Positions 25,301-37,000 of a stretch of 64,000 nucleotides of DNA are shown in pieces. Position 1 is the stretch's first letter, and every line of letters begins with the position of its first letter. The position numbers and the translations under genes were made by a program. Source of the stretch: Octopus bimaculoides (taxonomy: Eukaryota); contig NC_068984.1 of NCBI RefSeq assembly GCF_001194135.2, positions 119,664,049 through 119,728,048 on the forward strand. The letters are read 5' to 3'. The notes beneath the pieces were generated by a model, which was not told the DNA's origin, made no database searches, and worked only from the letters and a program-made list of their open reading frames with translations.

Positions 25301-28300
25301 TATTGACTCCCTGGAAGGATGAATGCTAAAGTTGATCTTGATATAATTTTAGTTCAGAACATAATGGCTCTGCAATTAAATCCACCAAAACACTTTGTTC
25401 AATGTTTTCAAAATTCTTTCTGTTGATTACTTTCTTAACATTGCCTTTCAAGAGCTGTGTAGAACGTTTGAATAGTAACTGCTACTCAAGGGAGGCAACT
25501 GTAACTTTTGTCTGGTATTTATTTAATGATCAATGAATTTTCTTTATGCGGAAGATTAATAGGGACTTGTATGTTCTGTTTAATTTTTTAAATAACATTT
25601 TCATAATTTCAGAATAGATTAAGCATAGATAACAGTAGCAAGTGCATACATATATGTAAAAACATACTCATTTAACTAGTGACTGTGAACATCACTATAT
25701 TAGAAGATAAAATATGTCACGCAAATTCAGTGATGATCTATCCATTACTGTTAGAGAAAACATATTGTTGTATAATCAACATGAGCTTCCTATAAGGGTT
25801 ACTTCAAGGAACCTTCAGTATTTCAAAATTTTTACTTTCTTGCTGATTTCTTTGTGTTTATTTATTTTTGCAAATTCAGTTACCTTAGGCCAAACTATTG
25901 GCTGGAGATAAAAGCAATTAATTCTCAAAATAAAATTCTAAACTTCAATGATTTATATTTTGATTGATACCTACTTAAATGATACTGTACTGTGCAGTAA
26001 TGTGAAATTAATAGAAATGAAAAATACATCTAGCACAGACATAAACTGATTGAAGTAAATTTTTATCAACTATCCAATAAATTTGTTTCATTCTTTTCAT
26101 TCAGAAATTATTTTTATGTACATATATATTTATATATTATTCTTTTCTTTTTATTTTTCTATGCAACTTTATCTTGATTTCAATTTTGCTTTTACTATTT
26201 ATTTTTGCTTTCTATTTATGTATCTGTCTGTCAGAAGAACAAAAGGAGTAACCATAATCGTAACAGACCTTTCTAATACAAAATTCCACCCAGAAGCTTT
26301 TGTGCATATTTAAATTGAATCTATAAGCTAAGGATCTATAGGAGATAACAAAGTTAGAAACTAAGAATCTATAACAGATAACAAAATTAGAAGAAATCAA
26401 CCAGACTTGATAGTAATTATTCAAAGCTCAGGCTCTACCAGATCAAAACTTGACTCTCATCCTTTTGAGATGAATACATCTTAATCTGCATGCATTTGTA
26501 AAGTTAGGTTCAAGTCCACTTCTCGATGGACACCTCTGTATGGTTGGACTTGTGTCTAGTCTAAAGAAACCAGTTTCACTAAGCTGTGGATTAAAAGAGA
26601 TTAAGTGTTTATTTGCGATAAGTGCTGTCAAGGAAGTTCCTTGGCATTGCCTTGTATATGACCTTGGTTGTAGCCACCACATCTTGAAGTTGACTATGGC
26701 AGGATTTGAACTCAGAAAGCAAAGTTGAAAGAAACACCACAAAGTATTTTGTTTGACACTTTGATTCCATTTGCTTGCTGGCTTAATAACAATAACAACA
26801 ATGGCAACATTTTTGTTTAGTCACATTGAAGAAGAGATATAGTCATTGTGCTTGCAAGCTCTTCCAGATTCGTTTGGCCATTACAGTTGACATTCAGCTT
26901 GAATTCTGTAGCTGATATTTAAGGGGTTTGCTGGGAAGATAATACTGTTTGGGAGTGAAAGTATTGGGCCAAGTGCTTAGCACAGGATCTGACAGCTAAA
27001 ACACTGTTAAGATAAAGAAGGAGAGGTGTGTGCACCAAAGGATCTAGGTATGGTTCACAGAGGTGTAGAAACATTTAGAAGAAATACAGTTGTGCACACA
27101 GCTTGATAGTTTATTGATTGTTATAGTGTGTTGGTGAGTAAAAATTTGCTTATAAGTGATAGTTGTTTTATGCCATCCAGAAAGTTTGTATATGTGGCTG
27201 CTATATCATACCAGACATATTAGTAATATTTTAAGATAACATGCTTTTATGCTTTATAGGATGTGAAGCTGTTCAGGAATGGGGTAGCTTGAAGAGGACA
27301 GTCATCTTTTAGAATGTAGCTGTAGTGAGTTGTGTTGTTGTTATGAAAGGTTGTCGGGGACCAACATTTGAAGAGTTTGGAGATAACTATGTGTTGCCTA
27401 TGAATAAGGAAGGTGTAGAATAATGATTATTGTTCTACCTGACACATAGGCAGACAGACAGAGACTATGTGTTAGTGCTTTTGGGATTATGCTGTTTTGT
27501 CCTTAAAGAAAAAATGCCTGTACAATCTTTGTTTGTGGAAGTCATGCTGAAGGTGTCATGACTGTGTGCTGCTTCTAACAAAGAAAGTAGTTTACTCCTT
27601 GTTTAATGGTGATAGCCAAAACATTGTTAGAACTGGTCAGTGTGCTGAGCAAAAGTAATTATTATTTTGCACTTGGAAAATTGTGCATATCATATTGGGA
27701 CATTCAATGGATTCAGATGGAAAGGCATGCCTGGAGTGGATGTGTTCTATGTGCACGTGTGTGTGCTTCACAGAGCAAAGTTCAATGCCAAATGGAGAGT
27801 GAATGTAATAGCTTTGTAGGAATATAGCTCATAGTATCAATGAAGAGGATTCCATGAAGTTTGTTGAGATATTATTGGCAAGGTCAGACTACATTTAGGA
27901 AGTGACAGATCACAGTCTATTAGCATAAAAGTATCATTTACTCCTCTGATATTGTGCAGATGTTCTGATAGTGTATAGATGCCTCCTAATTGGTGATGGT
28001 TGGTGATTTTCTTCAGGTACTGTATAACTACAGGTGGTTTCCTCAGTATTGTTGTACAAACTATTTATATTATAAATGATGTTTGCTTTGTTCTCAAAAA
28101 AAAAAAGAAGTATACGTGTTTAATTAAAAATAAAAATATTTATTTTTTCCCTTTCTTTTTTCTTTGTGGCTGTTTATAATAAATTTAATTTAATCAGATT
28201 TTTAGGAATATTATCTGTAAAAACTGTTTTATTTATTTATTTATTTATTTCTACACATTCTCAAAGCAGAATATTATTCAGCTTTAAACAGAAAAAACCC

Positions 28301-30464
28301 CCAAAAAAACAAAAGTTTTCAAGGGGCTGGAATAATTATAATATTTGATATCCAAATTATATTTGAAAATTTTCAAGTTTAAGCTAAAACTAATTATTTC
28401 AGAACTTGAGCAGTTAGGTTTAATTACATTTAAGTCGTGTATCTATCTTTTTTTTTTAAACTCATGCTGCTTTCTTTCAATAAATATTCTGATGATAGTT
28501 ATTTAATTTCAAAACTTATTTCAAAATCCAAATTCAAATCCCTTTGCATTTTTGCAGCAATTGCTTCATAATGGTTCTAAAATTAGTTGATCAAATTGAA
28601 CGACTCATTTTCAAAGAATGCACTCTGTAATCTATTGACAGAAATTTGTAAAGAGAAGCAGGAGGGTACCTTTCTTAAAGATCTGATTGAAGGGAAAACA
28701 GCTCCTCTGTATAACATTTTTTCAAAAACCTTTAATCCTTTATTTTTTTAAAAATTTTCTTTTTAGCTTTTCAGTCAAGATACTCCAACTGGATGGCAAG
28801 ACTCGGTAATAAATTTTGTGTTCAGTAGTTTCATTTTCATTTCTAACCCAATTCCTGCCAAGTCCCTCTTAAAACACTCACACACTAATTAATACTTCTG
28901 TAAAAGTTTAGGATATTTTATCATTAGTTATTTAATTGTCAGCTTCACTATCATCATCTTATGGAGTGAAAAATGAACAGGCCACCATTTGAAGATGCCT
29001 TGTTTATGTAGTGCATTGTTGAGAGCAAATCAGTTTAGCTGAACCAATCTCTCTCTGTAATATCAACATCAACAAGAAACTACAAATGTCTCAAGTAGAT
29101 GAAACGAATAAGTTTAAACTTGCCACTGATCCATATTACTACCATTCCACAGCTTGCAATGCCTCAGAAAAATCAGCTTTTTTTACCTGATAATTCTGTG
29201 TAATGTGACCAGCTAAAGATTGGAATGGATATTAAGAAAGTTGTAGAGTTCACATCATCTCATTTCTCCACTTCTATAAATCTGAGCTCTTTTGGCCATT
29301 AGTATTTATGAAGTCACATATCTTTCAATTTGTGAAGTTACGCTGATGTGCACATCCTTTCTACCAACATGTGTCATTCCTTGTTTTGTACAGTGAATGC
29401 ATGAGATAATTCATTATAGAAAACCCACTGGCATGTAGTATTAAATTATTATTATTATTAAGGTGGTTAGCTGGCAGAATCGTTAACGTGCCAGACGAAA
29501 TACTTAGTGGTATTTTGTCCATCACTATGGTCTTAGTTCAAATCCCACCAAGGTCGACTTTACCTTTCATCCCTGGGGCATGGGGGGCTATAAAATAAAT
29601 ACCAGTTGAACACTGAGGTCAATGTAATCAACTCATCCCCCTTCCCCAAGATTGCTGCCCTTGTGGCAAAATTTGAAACCATTATTATTATTATTATCAT
29701 TATTATTATTATTATTAAGGTAGCAAGCTAGCAGTTGTTAGCATGCCACGCAAAATGCTTAGCAACATTCCCTCCGTCTTTACATTCTGAGTTCAAATTC
29801 TGCCGAGGTCAACTTTACTTTTCATCTTTTCAGGGTCGATAAATTAATTACCAGTTGCATACTGGTAGTCAATCTAATTGACTGGCCCCCCTCCCCAAAA
29901 ATTTCAGACTTTGTGCCTATAGGAGAAAGGATTGTTATTATTATTATTATTATTATTATTGAGTGAGAGAGTAGTACATGCCATCAAATTGACACTGGGG
30001 TAAAATATATGAAGCCCGTTATACCCATCATGACTACCCATCTGATAAGGGTACACCAGACATATGCATCACAACCATATGTGTACAACATGGTGATCTC
30101 GTATCAAGATAAACAGTGCATGACCTTGCAGGTGAGGCCCAGTTAGAATTTTCTTCAGGTTGAGTAGCCCATCCTGCTCAAAAGGTCCCTGAATAAGGGT
30201 CATTTAAGGATGTTGAATGAAGTACCCATGTTTCCAGAGGTGAATTATTCAAACCCCAAAGAATCCCTCTCAACACATGACTATGATGCTCCCCTACTAT
30301 TTCTCCTCGTGATCAGAGATGCACATATTGTCAGCCACTAAGGGTCATACTCAACTGGTTACGGTCAAACAACTGACAAGCAAATCTGTGGTGTTGAGCA
30401 GAATATTTGCTGTAGCCTATCTTTTATACCAAGACAAAATAATTCTTATTCTTGATGATGATTA

Positions 30465-30499
<35 letters not shown>

Positions 30500-30973
30500 G
30501 AGTAAGAGAGTAGTGTATGCCATCAAAGTGACACTGGGATACAAATATATGAAGCCCAATATACCCATCATGACTATTCACCTGATAAGGGTACACCAGG
30601 CACATGCATCACAACCATATGTGCGCAACATGGTGATCTTATATCAAGATAAACAGTGCATGACCTTGCAGGTGGAACCGAGTTAGAATTTTTTTCAGGT
30701 CGAGTAGCCCATCCTGCTCAAAAGGTCCCTGAATAAGGGTTATTTAAGGATGATGAACAAAACACCCTTGTATCGAAAGGTGAATTATCCAAACCCCAAA
30801 GAATTCCTCTCAACACATGGCTATGATGCTCCCCCACTACTTCTGCTCGTGATCAGAGATGCACATATCGTCAACCACTAAGGGACATGCTCAACTGGTT
30901 ACGGTCAAACAACTGACAAGCAAATCTTTGGTATTGAGCAGAATATTTGCTGTAGCCTATGTTGTTGTTGTTG

Positions 30974-31029
<56 letters not shown>

Positions 31030-33463
31030 TCTAATGTTCCTTTAAAAAGAAAAAGTAGTTTCTATCTGATTATAAATACCTTGAATTAAGTATTTCCATA
31101 TAAGTTTAAAGTAGTGTGTGTATGAAAGAGGGAGAGAAAGAGAGAGAGTGTGAGAGAGAGTATTTAGGTATCTTTCGCTTAATATAATATACCATCATTT
31201 CTAGAATTCTCTGTTTTATGCAACGAAAATTTGAAATTGAATCATTAAAAAATGCTAGTAGCAGCATCAGCAGCAGCAACAACCCACATGTTCTCTGCAA
31301 CCTCCTCATACGTACACCCTTTTGCTTGTTTATATTTTGATTATATTCTTTTATCATCCTACTGGTGGGGGTAGTTCATAGCCACTTTGCATACGGTGCT
31401 CATTTTAACACTAATGTCACAGTAACCACGATCGTGTTATTGTAAGTGCTGCTCCTGCTGCTGAGGATGACGTAACAGACATCAATATTTCTCAGTCTCT
31501 CTCTTCCTCATGTTTTTAACTGGAAAACCGATTGAATTGCACGTGTTTTACTTCTCTTGTTGCTACCATTATCTAACATATGTACATACCTTTGGTCTGC
31601 TGTCACTAAACTGATGTAAACCGTGTAATATGTTATTCTAACAGTACAGTTACTGCTTCGTATATGATTCAACACCCATCCCCGTATTTGCATCTTTCAC
31701 AAGCCTTACAGCATACATAAACATTTTCAGGCAATTTCTTGTGTTGCTAGTTCCTACACTCTCATGTTTTAGGAAGGTGGTGGTGGTGGTGGGAAGTTCT
31801 TCTCCTCCTCCTCCTTCACCACCACCATCACCACCACCACACACACCTGTTGGAGTGTTGGAATTGGCTTCACAAGCTTTTAAAACACCTCAGTTCCAGC
31901 CAATGAGAAGAAGGCTGTTCTATATGGTTTCTTCAGCTGTTAGAAATAACTGGCAAAATTCTCATTCAACCCCCCTCCTCCTCCTCCTCGTCATTACTCT
32001 TTTACTCTTTTCCGTCATTTGACTGCAGCCATGCTAGAGCACCGCCTTTTAGTCGAACAAATCGACCCCAGGACTTATTCTTTGTAAGCCTAGTACTTAT
32101 TCTATCTGTCTTTTGCCGAACTGCTAAGTTATGGGGAAATTAATACACCAACATCGGTTGTCAAGCGATGGTGGGAGGACAAGCAACACAGACATGCCAA
32201 CATATGTTTTATCATCAGTTATTTTATTGTCAGCTTCACTATCATCATTTTATGGAGTGAAAAATGAACAGACCATCATTTGAAGATGTCTTGTTTATGT
32301 AGTGTATTTTTGAGAGCAAATCAGTTTAGCTGAACCAATCTCCCTCTGTGATATCGACATCAACAAGAAACCACAAATGTCTCGAGTATATGACAAGCGT
32401 CTTTCAGATTCCATCTACCAAATCCACCCACAAGGCTTTGGTTGGCCCGAGGTTATAGTAGAAGGCACTTTCCCAAGGTGCCACGCAGTGGGACTGAACC
32501 CAGAACCATGTGGTTGGGAAACAAGCTTCTTACCACACAGTCACGCTTGTGCCTAAAAGAAAAACAATAGAAATCATTATTATAGAAGGCAAGGGCAACT
32601 TCAGCTGAGTTCAAATTCCACTGAAGTTTACTTTGTCTTTTCATCCTTTTGGAGTTGATAAAATAAATGTTAGTTGAGCACTGGGATCGGTGTAATTGAC
32701 TTATCCCCTTCCCCTGAACTTAGTGGCCTTGTGTCAGAACTTGTAACCATTATCATTATAATTTATTATTGCTATTATTATTGTTATTATTACTATTATT
32801 ATTATTAAGGTGAGCTGGCAGAATTGTTGGCATGTTTGACAAAATACCTAGTGGCATTTCTTCTAGCTCTTTTAAGATCTGAGTTCAAGCCTCACAGAGG
32901 TCAACTTTACCTGTCATCCTTTCGGAGTTGATAAAACAAAGTATCAGTTGAGCAGGGGGAGGGTGTTATACAATCAACTAACTCCCCTTCCCCTCAAAAT
33001 TGCTGGCCTTGTGTCAAAATTTGAAACCATTACAAGGCTGTAAGCTGGCACAATTGTTAGCACTCCACCCTAAAAAATTTCTGCCCTTGTGCCAAAAGTT
33101 GAAATGATCATTATCATTATGATGATGATAAAACAAGTTAGTGTAATCCTAGATTTCTTAACATTAATATTTTGGTTCCCATGTTTCTACTGAAATATAC
33201 TACTTCTGTTTCAGTTGGTTTTGGAAGTAATAAAAACATTTATAACAAATAACTTTGTTATGATTAAGCTGACATGTGGAATAAAAATTAACATGGAATT
33301 TTGATGGAAAGTTTTGATTTCGATCTCGTTAAAATCAGGAAATTTGTCTATAAGAACTAGAGGTAGTCTCAAGTGATTTGGTATCAAAAAAGTTAAGCAT
33401 CTTCTACCTTAACTTCAAATTGACCAATACTTTGTTAGTGGAGTTTGACAAAAGCCTATCTTT

Positions 33464-33504
<41 letters not shown>

Positions 33505-34017
33505 TCTGCATATCATTCAGAGATAGCAATTGATATGGGGGAAAATAGAGTGAAAAATCAGCACTTTTCAAATGAAGGTGCTTGGTATATTCCTCCTGTT
33601 GTGGTTTACACCCTTTACTATCACTGTCACTCACATAAATGCAGTTGTGATATTTGCAACAAACATATATACATGCATGCATATATACATAGATTGTGTG
33701 TGTGTATTTGTAAAGATAGATACCAAAGGTACTAAATAGGAGACTTCTATCAATTTATTTCTTTTCTCACAATGATATTTACTTAGATTTCTTTAGAATC
33801 TTGTAACATTTTAAATAAGGCACCTGAGGTCATCTTGGTTTGAAGAAATCTCCTACTAGATGCTTTTAAATATAGTTTTGTTTATTCTTGTTGGCAAAAA
33901 CTTTCAGAAGTGGTAACCTAGCAGTTTTATAATTCTCAGCAAGAGAGAAAACGAAAAAAAGGGTGGGTAGCAGTAAAAGAAGTAATTTTGTTTGATTTTG
34001 ATCCAAAATGGAGGAAA

Positions 34018-34055
<38 letters not shown>

Positions 34056-37000
34056 CAAGACTCAGTATTTTGTTGAAGCAGAATTTTTTAAAGGATCTCA
34101 TAATTTTCAATAATGTAGTGAATTGTTTCGCAAACATCAGGTTTTCATATGATCTATACATAATTCCAGTTTTTGTGGCATTAAACAAACGAGATACAAA
34201 TCTATTTCAGAGTAAGTTACCTATCTGTCATAAGTACCTTCTTTCCCCCAAATGTATCTATTCCTCAATAGAATTGAGCTCATACTTTCTCAGTTGACTG
34301 ACAAAAAACAAAAAAATACAAAAAAAAAAAAAACATGTTTGAAAGGCTACTTTGCCTCTCAACACAGGGTTATCCAAAAGTCACAAAGTATAAAATTACA
34401 GTTGGTACAACTGCTGAAACCACTAGATTATTTCCACAGATTGCCATATGCAGGATGGACCTAAAGCTTTCTGGCTTTAGGTCCGTCCTGCATGTGTGAT
34501 AATGTGTATGCATGTAGTTTTATGGATCTATATTTACGGAGGATTACTTCTTAAGTAGAACCACAAAGAGTCACATATTACTGAATTATATGTTTCTCTT
34601 TACTAACACTGGAGCAGAGGAACCAATGATAGGTGGACACAGCTGAGGTAGCAAGAACTCTAGTTTTCTTTGCAAAAAGACTTTAAAAAATTTTTCAAAT
34701 CAATTAAATTAACAACAAAAATTAAATTTTAAATTCTGTTACAGAAATGAACTATTATATTAATAACTAGGGGAATAAATATTTTGCAATTAAAATGAAA
34801 GTGCCTTTTGAGGTTGTGAACAAAGACAAAAGGACTTTGATAAATCTAGCTGATTGCTTGATTGAATGATTAATCAAACACTCAATAAGTTAATTGGTTA
34901 AATGGTTAACCAATTGACAAATAAAAAAAATAAAGAAGTAAAGTAGAACCAGTGACTGTGTTTATGTTTATTATTGGCATAATGACTCTCTTGAGATGCA
35001 ACAAACTATGTTTCAACATACAATTTCATGTCAAGAATCTTGCAAACCAAACAAGGAAATAACATGAAGGCTTCCTAAGAAGTTAGGGAGGAGGAGATCA
35101 GATTTAAAGCATGAAAACAAAATCAGTTGATGTTTTGAAATGAATTCTATTTCTTCTTTGGACACTACCAACTTCCTAGCAGTCAGGCATTTGTAAAGGT
35201 ATATGGAAGCATTATGCCTTCATCAGCAGAACTGTTATAGGAGTGAGTTACCATTTATATATTCTGTGGTACAGAAACTGGGGATTGATGGAAACAGTTC
35301 AAACATACAAATACAAATACACTTGATTTGTTTTGCATACAGATACACTTGATTTGTTGGATCTTTCTGAATTGATGGGCACCACTTTTCATTTATGTTT
35401 TATGTAGTGTTTTTGGTACTGAAATACTTTCAAACTTTGTATACTTGTATATTTTGTGTTATAGAACAGATAAAAATTTTTGTATGTGAAGTTATTTCAT
35501 GTAAAAAATTGTCGTATTTCGGTAATTTCAACCAATCACTGACGTCTATTGAAGTGAAAACAATTACTGCTATGGAATATAAGCAAGATGTTCTAGCGGT
35601 GTAATGGGATCTTTTCCCTTGAATAAAATTAGTGCCATTGTTTGTCAACAACAACTATCAGCTGTACTGTTATTTATAACATCGTTCGTGCGTTTGTACT
35701 GGTTTTAGCTTTAGGGTTTTATGGTTAGGGTTCGGGTTTTATAGTTAGGGTTAGTTTTAGGGTTAGGGTTATGATTATTTTTGCCATAACCTAACTCATA
35801 ACCCTAACCCTAACACCCTATAACTCATAACCTTAACACTAACCCAAACCCTAAAACCCTAAACCCTTACTAGGGAATAACGATATAATTAACAGGGAAT
35901 AACGATCTTGACACTGGCAAAAATTATTGTTTACAAAAACAGCAGTAACTGTATTCAGCTGAATAGNNNNNNNNNNCTTGACACTGGCAAAAATTATTGT
36001 TTACAAAAACAGCAGTAACTGTATTCAGCTGAATAGACGTCAGTGATTGGTTGAAATTACAGAAATACAACTTTAACATGAAATAACTTGCAATATAGAA
36101 AGTTTTGTTAAGAGAAAAAGATGTTTTATATGACACATTCTACCAGTATCCCAAGTTTGAAAGTGTTTCGTTAAGAAAACAAGCGGTGCCCGTCAATTCA
36201 GAAAGATCCGATTTGTTTTGCAAAATACCTTACAAAATGCTTGAATTATCATTATTATTATTATTATATATGACATTGTATATATATATATTATATATAT
36301 GACTGAAAACAAGTATTAAAAAAAAAAAAGCAAAACAACATATCCAATGAACCAATGAGTAAGTGGAGGGTGGCTTCTAAGTTGCTGCTCAGTTTACTAG
36401 AAATAGCAGCAAAATCCCTGTCAAATTATACCTTACTGTCTTAAACAAGGTATGACACATTGGATAATGTAGTTCAAGATACACTACTATATCTGAAAAT
36501 ATGACATAATGAGTACAGCTGGAACACTTTTCAATCATTAATGAGATCAGCATAATCCTGGGGTTAAACAACAACAGACTAATCTTTCACATGTGTGTGT
36601 GNNNNNNNNNNNNNNNNNNNNNNNNNNNNNNNNNNNNNNNNNNNNNNNNNNNNNNNNNNNNNNNNNNNNNNNNNNNNNNNNTTTTTTTTTTTTTTTTTTA
36701 GCTCCTGACTACTTTTGATGATCCTAAAGATGAGGATAAAACAGAGAAAACAAAAGGTTTTCATTAATTTATATATTTGTATTTATTTTTTAGTAAAAAA
36801 AAAAAAAAAAGTCTTTAATATTTTGTTACCTAAATTAAATATTATTTTATCTCTGTTTAGGCTGTCTTGGACAAGAAAGGTTAAGTTTGAGTTCAATATT
36901 TGCCAGATAGACTGCAAATATATATCTGCGATTTCACAATACATATTTGCAGTTAGGTCATTGAACTTTTTAGTATTTCCAGAAATATAGTGGTTGTCAT

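Noticed and set aside
34601-34645. Perfect TACTAAC branch point with a possible 13-nt phase 0-1 exon (GAACCAATGATAG)
   Set aside because: No pyrimidine tract between the branch point and AG, and a weak donor (gtggac); the 36861 candidate has better signals. It cannot be fully excluded without RNA data.
35701-35868. Ancestral chromosome end-to-end fusion site
   Set aside because: The arrays are short, degenerate and embedded in a repeat arm that recurs at about 60880-61205.
35907-36036. 60-bp tandem duplication
   Set aside because: Identical copies directly flank a 10-N gap; assembly artefact.
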